DNA of 60,946 nucleotides, counting the filler, from Nitrospinae bacterium RIFCSPLOWO2_12_FULL_45_22 (GTDB taxonomy: Bacteria > 2-12-FULL-45-22): assembly GCA_001803565.1 (NCBI GenBank). It is 6 parts of 6 records of this genome, joined end to end, with 100 filler letters (N's around TTAATTAATTAA, not from the genome) between each part and the next. Parts side by side here need not be neighbours in the genome. Positions count along the whole stretch, not along the records: positions 33,685 to 45,313 come from MHDQ01000126.1; positions 45,414 to 54,308 come from MHDQ01000129.1; 4 more parts are not named here. One strand, 5' to 3'. Below are positions 39,544-47,983 of this stretch, one piece after another. Position 1 is the stretch's first letter, and the number at the start of each line of letters is the position of its first letter. A program made the position numbers and the translations under genes. The notes beneath the pieces are model-generated. The model ran no database searches. It was not told the origin of the DNA and saw nothing but the letters and a program-made list of their open reading frames with translations.

Positions 39544-42500
39544 ATGATTCCTTTTTATTACAAAAAAATCAGTCTTTCGTTTGTCCAGGAATTGTGCGAT
39601 AAGGTCCATGACGGTGAGAGCGCGGTCTTGCTGGGATCTCGCTATGCTGGTAAGAGATGGATAATAAACCGGCTCTACTTACATTTACCAGAGTCGGGGT
39701 TTATACCTATTATTCGAGTCTATTTCCAACGCGAATCCACGGTAAAATCTGCATGGGAAGTACATCAATTAATAGAAAAAGAGATTAATGAAACAGGTGT
39801 GAACCTGAAGTTAGGGGAATATCAGGGAGATGAAATCTTTGAACCCATAGACCAATTATACTTGGAAACCAAGAAACCGATCATCCTGCTTGCAGCCAAT
39901 GTGGATAGTATGGCCCATTACCTGGCACGGCAATTCCTCGAGGGGGTAAGGACACGGGTTGAATCAAGACGGTTAGTTGTCGTATTAAGTGGAGAGGATG
40001 ATTTCCGTGACCTTGTTCATGGGCCAAAGTCCGAATTCAATTGCGCCAATCGGTATTTTGTCCAGGGTTTTGCCAAAGACGATTTTAAAGCCATTATTTC
40101 CCAATACGCAACTAGCCTGAACATCACATTCGAGGACGACACCGAGGCATATCGCATTCTTTGGGAACTGACTGAGGGGAACGTATTTTTGCTCAAGTCA
40201 TTGCTGTGGTCCGTGGTTGAGGGTCGTGTCCATTCAGACATTTCTCTAACCGTACCTGTTAGAGTTTCAGATATTCCGGACTCATTCGAAAAGATGCAAA
40301 TACCCGGTGTCTATGGACCTGATTTTCTTCGCTATGCGATTCGAGTCATTACCCGAAGACCGGATTGTTGGCAGGATTTAGAATGCCTTATTAATAATAA
40401 ACCTACAAATACGATCCCAATAGCTAGCGCTCCTGGCCCACTCGAGTTAGTCGGTATCGCTGTACGTGGTAATAACAATCGACTCCAGTTCGCCTCCCCA
40501 TTGATGGCAAATTTTATACGACATTATTATGATGATCGTTGTTTCGGAGACCTCTATGCGGGTGACGGACAGTGGGATATGGCATTTAAAAAATATAGTT
40601 TTCTCGGTCCACAGGAAAAAATTCGACCTTTAAACATTGAAGACAGGGTGAAAGTTGAAGAGACGCTCAATGCGTTTTGTTCTTCTCTGCATTTGGCCGC
40701 TACAGTGAATATTGATGCCGTAAAGGATCTTTTTACTCAAGGCTGTTTGCACATACTTGGATTCCAGGAAATTACATTCTGGGAATACAATAACGGGTGG
40801 CATTTCCAACCGATGACCGAAAGCCCTGTCAAAATAGATATCAAAGATAATGTGCTGAAAATCCTTCCTCCTATGCCGCCAATGTTGCGTGGATTGCTAC
40901 CGATGCCTGATCCCTGGAACGAAGATGCACTGTGCGTGTTACTCCCACCACTCCGTGCCAATCAATGTGGCGCGGTGGTAATGAGTACCTTTGAAAAAGA
41001 GAAAGCTATCTCTCGTGAACGTGGGAGTTTGGCCCGTAAACTGATTCACCATTTTGTGGATGCATATACCCATGCCGTCTCGGTTGAAAAGAATACTATG
41101 CGTCTTCGTGTACGGGATCAGCATATTGCGATCATAAACTCTATCTTTGATTCCCTGGGGAGCCGCATTCTGAATGTAGATCAGGCCATTGCCATGGCGG
41201 CACGGGGATTGCGTAATTTGGGATACAAGCGCGTCCTGTTCAGCTTGGTAGATCCGGAGGGCAAAAGGATTCAAGCCGTGCTGGATGACTCCAGTGATTC
41301 ATTAATTGACATCACTCAAATGTCTGATTGGCCTTTGGCCGAACCTACGGCCGATCTCCAGCCTTATATTATTCATACAAAACAGCCAAAGATCATCAAG
41401 GACGCCAGGCGGGAACCCCTTGCAAATAAAAAAATCGTCCGACTTGCACGCATGAAGGCCGAGGCCCTGGTTCCCATTTTGAATCAAAATGGCGATGCCA
41501 TTGGCACAATCCATGTCGAGCGTGAGGATGAGGCCGTCCCAACGCAAGAGGAAGTGGATGATCTATTAGTTTTTGGTCGCCAGCTTTCCATAGCCATCGA
41601 ACAGAGTAAGAGGGTAAACATGTTGCAGTCGACGCTGGATAAGATCCCTGAACCTGTTGTCATCATCGATCGGCTTAAACGGCTCCTGTATGCAAATAGA
41701 CCCGCCAATGATCTTTTTGGAACCAAGGCTGGTTGGCAGGACCAGCCAGGGGCTAAACCACCCAATGGGGGCGAGATGGATAAGATGTTGGAATACCTCG
41801 ATGAATCCCTGATATCTGGGCGCCGCATAGTTCATCACGCCGAAGGAATTGGGAAAAAGCCGACATATTGTGGTGCGGTCCTGTCCGATGTCATTCAAGA
41901 TTGGCAAAATAAAACAATTGGTGCGCTATTACATATTCAAGATATGAACTATCTCTACCATGTGTTCGCCGCATTTCGCGTTATTGCTGAATCTAACGAC
42001 ACTGACTCTGCTATACGCTCCATGATGGAAGCGACGCAGTTATTGGGGCATAAATGGGGACGTTTGTACCTTGTTGATGAAATGGATCCTGATTGCCTCG
42101 TGAGTGTGCGGTCTTTCGGTTTTGGGGACAAGACAATCCAAGAAGAATTCACCAAGGGTCACATTAGATTGCCGCGCTCCGATGAACCTGGGTATGTTTC
42201 GTGGAAATGTATAGACCTCAAAACCCCTCTGGTCTTTTGCTGGAAGGAGGATCTCCCAAATGATACTGAAGTAGTAACCCGGCAAGGTTTGCGGGCAACC
42301 AATGTAAACCCTCCAAGATCTCCCAAGCCGGTGCAGAAGCAACCCGGGGATTTCTGGATCGACTTTCCTCTCATCTCCCAGGCAAAAGTCTTGGGCAAGG
42401 TGGTCCTCCAGTGCGACGAGAGCCTACGCCCTGAAGAATTTGAGCTGCTCAAAGTGCTTTCTGATATAACAACCGGACTGTTGGGTGCCTTTCTTCGTCG

Positions 42501-43236
42501 AGGCCAAACATTCCATGAACGCGAGGATTGGATAAGAAGGGCGGCTGATGAAACCATGGCGGTCACGGCACACAATATTGCCACTCGCTTTTCCGCTTTG
42601 CCGGTATTACTGGACAGATATAAAAAGCTCCAACAAAAAGTGCCGAAATTGGAGGAACTAAATAGAGATTTCTCTCACATAATGAAAGAGACCCTGGATT
42701 TAGTCAAAAGGACAAAGGACCGACTGTCGCCGGTGACTCCCCTCCTTACCAAGATCAATATTTCAGACCGAATAAGAAATGCCCTAAGGTCTGCACTTCC
42801 TGCTGATGCATGGGATATTAAGTGTGAGGATCCTGATTTAATCGTGCACGCTGATACCCACCTATTAGAGAATGCTATACAGGAATTCCTTCAAAATTCA
42901 CGGGATGCAATCCCAGATGTCACGGATATGCATGTATCGGTCAATATTCGAAGCAAGGATAATTGGGTGAAATTAGTATATAGCGACAACGGTCCTGGTG
43001 TGCCTGGAGATTTTAAGGAACGGATTTTCGAAAATTTCTTTAGCTATCGGCCTGGGCGAAAGACCGGGACGGGTCTTGGTTTGGGGTTTGTCCGTAGAGT
43101 GATTGAAGCTCACGGTGGAACTGTTCGGGAAGAGGGAAGGCCTGGCCAGGGAGTGAAATTCGTAATTGAAATACCAAAATCGGGAATAATTAATGAAAAG
43201 GAGGAAGAATTTCATGTTTCGAATCCTAATCGTTGA
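39544..43236 (+). CDS. Degenerate STAND ATPase fused to GAF-PAS-GAF histidine kinase
   Basis: GSRYAGKRW, LLAANVD, LTEGNVFLL; GAF (ALVPIL..AIGTIHV); PAS (IPEPVVIID..YANRPA); AHN H-box, QNSRDA, DNGPG, GTGLGL. Confidence 0.85.
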   Translation: MIPFYYKKISLSFVQELCDKVHDGESAVLLGSRYAGKRWIINRLYLHLPESGFIPIIRVYFQRESTVKSAWEVHQLIEKEINETGVNLKLGEYQGDEIFEPIDQLYLETKKPIILLAANVDSMAHYLARQFLEGVRTRVESRRLVVVLSGEDDFRDLVHGPKSEFNCANRYFVQGFAKDDFKAIISQYATSLNITFEDDTEAYRILWELTEGNVFLLKSLLWSVVEGRVHSDISLTVPVRVSDIPDSFEKMQIPGVYGPDFLRYAIRVITRRPDCWQDLECLINNKPTNTIPIASAPGPLELVGIAVRGNNNRLQFASPLMANFIRHYYDDRCFGDLYAGDGQWDMAFKKYSFLGPQEKIRPLNIEDRVKVEETLNAFCSSLHLAATVNIDAVKDLFTQGCLHILGFQEITFWEYNNGWHFQPMTESPVKIDIKDNVLKILPPMPPMLRGLLPMPDPWNEDALCVLLPPLRANQCGAVVMSTFEKEKAISRERGSLARKLIHHFVDAYTHAVSVEKNTMRLRVRDQHIAIINSIFDSLGSRILNVDQAIAMAARGLRNLGYKRVLFSLVDPEGKRIQAVLDDSSDSLIDITQMSDWPLAEPTADLQPYIIHTKQPKIIKDARREPLANKKIVRLARMKAEALVPILNQNGDAIGTIHVEREDEAVPTQEEVDDLLVFGRQLSIAIEQSKRVNMLQSTLDKIPEPVVIIDRLKRLLYANRPANDLFGTKAGWQDQPGAKPPNGGEMDKMLEYLDESLISGRRIVHHAEGIGKKPTYCGAVLSDVIQDWQNKTIGALLHIQDMNYLYHVFAAFRVIAESNDTDSAIRSMMEATQLLGHKWGRLYLVDEMDPDCLVSVRSFGFGDKTIQEEFTKGHIRLPRSDEPGYVSWKCIDLKTPLVFCWKEDLPNDTEVVTRQGLRATNVNPPRSPKPVQKQPGDFWIDFPLISQAKVLGKVVLQCDESLRPEEFELLKVLSDITTGLLGAFLRRGQTFHEREDWIRRAADETMAVTAHNIATRFSALPVLLDRYKKLQQKVPKLEELNRDFSHIMKETLDLVKRTKDRLSPVTPLLTKINISDRIRNALRSALPADAWDIKCEDPDLIVHADTHLLENAIQEFLQNSRDAIPDVTDMHVSVNIRSKDNWVKLVYSDNGPGVPGDFKERIFENFFSYRPGRKTGTGLGLGFVRRVIEAHGGTVREEGRPGQGVKFVIEIPKSGIINEKEEEFHVSNPNR

Positions 43237-43906
43237 AGATATTGAATTAACCCTCGAACAACTTGAAAAAACTCTATCCGAGGAGTTTCCTCAGTCAACA
43301 ATTGACACCGCTGAAACGGTTAAGGAAGGGCTTGAACGGATTGAAGCGGCAGTGGATAAGGGCCAACATTATCATGCGGCTGTCCTGGATTTCAAGTTGC
43401 CTGAAGATAAAGGAAAACAAGATGAGGTGGACGAATCGCTGTGTGAAAAAATCAGGCATGAAATGCCGGATATAATCGTCGCTCACATTTCCGCATACCC
43501 AGGTGACCCCAAAATTCAGGATCATGTGAAAAATTATCATCTAGATCGCAGGGACTCTAGCGCGGCATTAATCTCCAAGGACGAAGTAGACTGGCCCTCG
43601 GAACTCGTCAAAAAGTTGAAGGAATTTCTCTATGGAACACGCATTGAAGAACAGATAAATAATCTATTTCGCAAGCAACCAGTGAGCGCATATCGTGAAC
43701 CGATTTATCGCAGAAGAACAGGAACAATAGGTAATGGAAGCGTCACCCATGAACTCGCCGCCTTGTTTCGTGACATTTTGGAAAACTGGACAGCGCTGGA
43801 TGACAGATTACGGACCAGGATTATGTCTCTGTTTCGCGTAGATACCTCAAGTGATCCCATACGCATCGGTTTGATAAAAGACATAGATGCCATGATGAAG
43901 GAGTAA
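43214..43906 (+). CDS. Response regulator: receiver domain plus unknown C-terminal domain
   Basis: ILIVED, VLDFKLP, ISAY, ISK; overlaps the kinase stop. Confidence 0.88.
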   Translation: MFRILIVEDIELTLEQLEKTLSEEFPQSTIDTAETVKEGLERIEAAVDKGQHYHAAVLDFKLPEDKGKQDEVDESLCEKIRHEMPDIIVAHISAYPGDPKIQDHVKNYHLDRRDSSAALISKDEVDWPSELVKKLKEFLYGTRIEEQINNLFRKQPVSAYREPIYRRRTGTIGNGSVTHELAALFRDILENWTALDDRLRTRIMSLFRVDTSSDPIRIGLIKDIDAMMKE

Positions 43907-43909
43907 AAT

Positions 43910-45193
43910 ATGCCGGTTCTTAGGATGGAAGACATCCTTGAGAAACTCCCGCTAATACTGGAATCCGACCACTTTATTGTCCGCTTTGCCCTTCGAAATC
44001 CACAGGAAGGCAGGGGAGAGAAGCGAGGTGGTGTTAGAAACCAACGATTACTCCTGGCTTATCTTGATGCCCTTGAAAGGCTATATGCGACAATGACCGA
44101 GGGGCCCTGGAAACGTTATCCGCCTAATACCGGTGGCCAGGGAAAGACTCTTGTATTCGTCTTTGACACCTCGGAGTTTTTACGAAGCGCTGACTGCCCC
44201 TTCACTAGTGTTGACCACAAAGGTATCCCTTTTATTGGCCTCCCATACCAGAACAATGAACCTATCATACATGGCGAGCTCCAGCGAGCAGCGGTAGAAG
44301 CCATTCATGAGGCAACGCATGTTTTTAATTTTCGCGAGCGGCCTCTTCTTGATCCCCAAACGGGCATTTGGGATCCTGCTGTAAAATTATGGGTATGGTT
44401 TGACGATGCTATGGCTGTTTTCATGGAGACGCTGGTCTTGTCAGGATGCCCCGAGCATCTTCGTTTTATCATGGAATGGAGTGACAGGCCGGATATGCCG
44501 CTTGATGGCTTTTATTCAAGATACCAATCGAGCATGTTTGTCCGTTATCTGGGAAGGAGAATGGGGCTAGAATTTATCAATAGGGTATGGACAGAGTCTA
44601 AGAGGGATGAGATACCAATCCAGGCGCTTGATAGATTGTTACGGCAGGAAAACCTGGAGTTCTCTTCATCCAATCCAGAGATTCGAGACATCTTTGCCTC
44701 GGGCTACTGCATGGATTCTTATTTTCTGATCGATCCCAGGAGTCCAGGCTTCGCGCCTGAGGTATACGAGAGATTTCGTGAACGGGCAATATCGGAAAGT
44801 TTCTTATTAGGTGCAGGGAAAACCGCAGAGACTGAAGGTTGTCTGGACCACCTCGCTTGTCAATACTACCGGCTCTATGTCATGAATAGCGTCAAGGCTA
44901 TTCAAGTTCAGCTTGAAACCAAAGCCCTTGGAGGAGATACCCCACTCAAGGCAGAGATAGCGACAGTAACTGATGAAATGCAGCGGGGTAAAGTCCGGCC
45001 ATTGAAACGGACCACTTTCCCTGGGCAAGATGATACGGTGCAATTATCCACTGTATTGAACGAAACAAACCTAGAGGATATTGACCATCTCGTCCTTGTT
45101 GTCAGCAATTGTGGAGTCAGAGCTGTACAGGAAAAACCTGGCATTGAGCACGATGACCAACAGGAGTATAAAATTGTTGTTGCAGCTTACTAG
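43910..45193 (+). CDS. HExxH zinc metallopeptidase-like protein
   Basis: AIHEATHVFN, WFDDAMAVFME, Y.SSMFVRYL; no evident signal peptide. Confidence 0.75.
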   Translation: MPVLRMEDILEKLPLILESDHFIVRFALRNPQEGRGEKRGGVRNQRLLLAYLDALERLYATMTEGPWKRYPPNTGGQGKTLVFVFDTSEFLRSADCPFTSVDHKGIPFIGLPYQNNEPIIHGELQRAAVEAIHEATHVFNFRERPLLDPQTGIWDPAVKLWVWFDDAMAVFMETLVLSGCPEHLRFIMEWSDRPDMPLDGFYSRYQSSMFVRYLGRRMGLEFINRVWTESKRDEIPIQALDRLLRQENLEFSSSNPEIRDIFASGYCMDSYFLIDPRSPGFAPEVYERFRERAISESFLLGAGKTAETEGCLDHLACQYYRLYVMNSVKAIQVQLETKALGGDTPLKAEIATVTDEMQRGKVRPLKRTTFPGQDDTVQLSTVLNETNLEDIDHLVLVVSNCGVRAVQEKPGIEHDDQQEYKIVVAAY

Positions 45194-45413
45194 AAAATTT
45201 TAGAGAGGAGCGTCAGTCTCTTCTAAGTTCACCTTGGTAAAATTAAACCTATTCTGCATCTAAAGCATGGTGCTCCATTTCTATCCTCCACTCAAAAAAA
45301 ATCCCTAACCAATNNNNNNNNNNNNNNNNNNNNNNNNNNNNNNNNNNNNNNNNNNNNTTAATTAATTAANNNNNNNNNNNNNNNNNNNNNNNNNNNNNNN
45401 NNNNNNNNNNNNN

Positions 45414-45495
45414 GGATGGCCGAGTGGTTTAAGGCGACGGTCTTGAAAACCGTAGACCGAAAGGTCCGTGGGTTCGAATCCTACTCCCTCCGCCA
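45414..45495 (+). tRNA. tRNA-Ser(TGA), 5' end cut by the linker
   Basis: ACGGT-CTTGAAA-ACCGT anticodon arm, long variable arm, GGTTCGAATCC, CCA. Confidence 0.95.
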
Positions 45496-45507
45496 GTAAA
45501 ACAACAT

Positions 45508-45556
45508 ATGACAAATGACTTATAACTAAGGACAAATGACTTATAACTAAGGACAA
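45508..45556. repeat. Seven 7-nt tandem repeats
   Basis: ATGACAA followed by (ATGACTT ATAACTA AGGACAA)x2. Confidence 0.85.
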
Positions 45557-45566
45557 ATTGGAGTAG

Positions 45567-45923
45567 GTGGAGTTATTTAGATTTTTAGCATGGCAGGTCT
45601 ATAAAGATGCGAAAGAACTATTTAAGTTAGTTTATGAAATAGCAAATAGATTACCAAGTAATATAAGGTTTGAGTTGGGTACCCAGCTAGTAAGGGCTTC
45701 ATTTTCTACGGTATTAAATATTTCCGAAGGCAGTGGGAAAAATTCGGACAGAGAACTAAGAAGGTACTTTAATATATCAATCGGATCGCTGAATGAGACA
45801 GTTGCTGGAATGGATATTTTAAGGGATAATGAGTTAATCACGGAAGAAGAATTTGATTTGGTGCTTCAACGGGCGAAAAGTATTTCTAAACAATTAGGCG
45901 GATTTAAGAAAAAATTGGTATAA
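45567..45923 (+). CDS. Four helix bundle protein (23S rRNA IVP / Avd-like family)
   Basis: FRFLAWQVY..QLVRASFS..LNISEGSG..SIGSLNE. Confidence 0.9.
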   Translation: MELFRFLAWQVYKDAKELFKLVYEIANRLPSNIRFELGTQLVRASFSTVLNISEGSGKNSDRELRRYFNISIGSLNETVAGMDILRDNELITEEEFDLVLQRAKSISKQLGGFKKKLV

Positions 45924-45936
45924 TATTATCAGCAAT

Positions 45937-45971
45937 TAGTTGTTGGTTATAAGTTATTAGTCATTAGTTAG
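45937..45971. repeat. Five 7-nt repeats inverted relative to 45508-45556
   Basis: TAGTTGT TGGTTAT AAGTTAT TAGTCAT TAGTTAG. Confidence 0.8.
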
Positions 45972-45977
45972 TTTTTG

Positions 45978-46070
45978 GGAGAGGTGGCCGAGCTGGCCTA
46001 AGGCGCTCGCCTGCTAAGCGAGTAAAGGTCGAAAGATCTTTCGAGGGTTCGAATCCCTCCCTCTCCGCCA
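45978..46070 (+). tRNA. tRNA-Ser(GCT)
   Basis: GGAGAGG/CCTCTCC acceptor stem, CTCGC-CTGCTAA-GCGAG, long variable arm, CCA. Confidence 0.97.
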
Positions 46071-46284
46071 GGCAGCATATAGCTGCAGTANNNNNNNNNN
46101 NNNNGCTCCTACGCCTCACGCATCCGTGTCCATCCGTGGCTAAAAACCTAATGGTAGCTAAACAATTACATTCCTTCATGTTTTTGGCCTTCTTGAAAGA
46201 GGGCGTAATGGAGCAAGAGTGAGGGGTGGGCAGTTACGTGCTCAATCCTTTTAGTGCCTCCGTGTCTTAGTGGCACATAAAAGG

Positions 46285-46968
46285 TTACCCGGGGAGATGG
46301 GTGAGGGTCTTCTCTTCAAAGAGGATAAACTCGTTGATTAATTGGGCTATCCCTCTATAAAAATCGCTCTGGGTCTTCTGGCAGATCTGCTTACAGAGTT
46401 CTGGGAGCCAGGGGGTCAGGTGATTTATAACGAACTCAGCTTCTAGTTTTTGCCACTGAACAGCCTCTTCTTCCTTTCCTTGTTGCCAGGCCTCACGTTC
46501 CCTCTGGCAGAGGTAGTGCATAAAGGCCAATTCTATCCCGGCATGGTCTGGCAGCTCGGTACAGTGCTCATCCAATTCTGTCCCAGCACGCCGGTAAATC
46601 TTTCTGACTGCCTGGGCTGAGGGGCCCAGGAGCAAGCCCTTCTTTTTTTTACCCGCTATCTCCCAGGTATCGCAATACACCGATTCATATGGGGTAACGT
46701 ATTTTCCCAGGGGGACATGAAAAAGGTCGTAATACTCCTGCTGGAGTTTATCCAGGTCGCCATTATAGCCCTGGGAAAATTCCTCTAGTATAGCTAACAC
46801 TGAGGGATCAAAGTACTGGGAGAGTTCTTCGAGAAGGCCTGGTTCTTGAAGCTGCTTTATCAAATTATCCTGAGGAGGGTTAAGGAATATGGAGGAGAAA
46901 AATAAATAGAAAATCTCCCGCACAACGGCTATTTGCGCCTGGGCTTGTATTTGTAATTTATTACCCAT
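46285..46968 (-). CDS. TorD/DmsD-family molybdoenzyme chaperone
   Basis: PYESVY, ELPDHAGIELAFM, HL..W. Confidence 0.92.
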   Translation of the reverse strand: MGNKLQIQAQAQIAVVREIFYLFFSSIFLNPPQDNLIKQLQEPGLLEELSQYFDPSVLAILEEFSQGYNGDLDKLQQEYYDLFHVPLGKYVTPYESVYCDTWEIAGKKKKGLLLGPSAQAVRKIYRRAGTELDEHCTELPDHAGIELAFMHYLCQREREAWQQGKEEEAVQWQKLEAEFVINHLTPWLPELCKQICQKTQSDFYRGIAQLINEFILFEEKTLTHLPG

Positions 46969-47038
46969 TTCTTATGCTTTGCCCAGAAAATAAAAATTTA
47001 TAACTGTTTAGCCAAACAAAGCATCTCACGAATTATTT

Positions 47039-47100
47039 GTAGTGGTCGAGCTTGCTCGACATGCCTAGCATCACCCCGGCAGAGCAAGCTCTGCCACTAC
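47039..47100. repeat. Inverted GTAG-REP pair (REPIN-like)
   Basis: GTAGTGGTCGAGCTTGCTCGAC...GGCAGAGCAAGCTCTGCCACTAC. Confidence 0.8.
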
Positions 47101-47303
47101 ATTGTCCCTTTGCGATTTTATAATATTAATTCGTCTAAACCTCTTGGAATTCTTATCTCACCGCTGAAGACGCAGAGAACACTAAGACCGTGGGACGTGT
47201 CCGTGATCCGTGTCCATTACTCAACGGACACGTAGAACGGACACGGTTACGAAAGTGCATTCTCTGTGTCCTCTGTGGTGAACGGTTACATATTTTTTAT
47301 GTT

Positions 47304-47879
47304 TTAAGGCAGCGTCGTGGCCTCGAACCGGGTAGCGGGATGGGTATAGCTGGGGTCGGGAAACCCATCCGGCTTATTTTGTCCAGAATTACTGATATTA
47401 AAGTCCTCGGAATGCAGTGCCCGACCTGTACAGGTAGTCTCGCAGGCTGGCTTCAGGCCCGCATCAATCCGGTGCACACAGAAGGTACACTTCTCTACCT
47501 TCTTGGTATTGGCATTATACTGCGGGACACCATAAGGACAGGCCCATTCGCAGTAGCGGCACCCGATACACTTATCCTGGTCAATCAAGACAATGCCGTC
47601 AGCACTCCTTTTGCTGATGGCATCAACCGGGCAGGAGGCCAGGCAGGCTGGGTGCTGACAATGGTTACAAGCCGAGGTAACGAATCGTTTCTTGACATTG
47701 GGATAAGTACCGCTATCTTTAAAAATAACCCAGCGCCAACTGGTATGGGTCGGGATCCCCTCTTCGGTAATCATAGGGGAAAAGAGGGGATAGGTATTGT
47801 TTTCGGACTTACAGGCAATGGTGCAGCTCTCACAGCCAGTGCATTTATCCAACTGAATAAGCCAACCTTTTTGAGCCAT
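47304..47879 (-). CDS. 4x[4Fe-4S] electron-transfer subunit (DmsB/TtrB-like)
   Basis: CTGCESCTIAC, CNHC..PAC..CP, CIGCRYCEWACPY, KCTFC..PAC..C. Confidence 0.93.
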   Translation of the reverse strand: MAQKGWLIQLDKCTGCESCTIACKSENNTYPLFSPMITEEGIPTHTSWRWVIFKDSGTYPNVKKRFVTSACNHCQHPACLASCPVDAISKRSADGIVLIDQDKCIGCRYCEWACPYGVPQYNANTKKVEKCTFCVHRIDAGLKPACETTCTGRALHSEDFNISNSGQNKPDGFPDPSYTHPATRFEATTLP

Positions 47880-47893
47880 CTTCTCACCTCCAT

Positions 47894-47980
47894 ATGATTA
47901 ACTTATAACGATTAACCAATAACTTATAACGGGGAGGGACCTTTTGTTATCAGTTAATTGTTATTAGTTATATGTTAGAT
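47894..47980. repeat. 7-nt tandem/inverted repeat element without a gene
   Basis: ACTTATA/ACGATTA/ACCAATA units, then GTTATCA/GTTATTA/GTTATAT units. Confidence 0.75.
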
Positions 47981-47983
47981 TTG

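Noticed and set aside
45362-46179. Minus-strand ORFs 45362-45556 and 45964-46179
   Set aside because: Antisense translations of tRNAs and heptamer repeats.
47190-47897. 235-aa plus-strand ORF and similar long antisense ORFs (31951-32562, 49506-50150)
   Set aside because: Shadows of well-supported genes on the opposite strand, with no motifs of their own.
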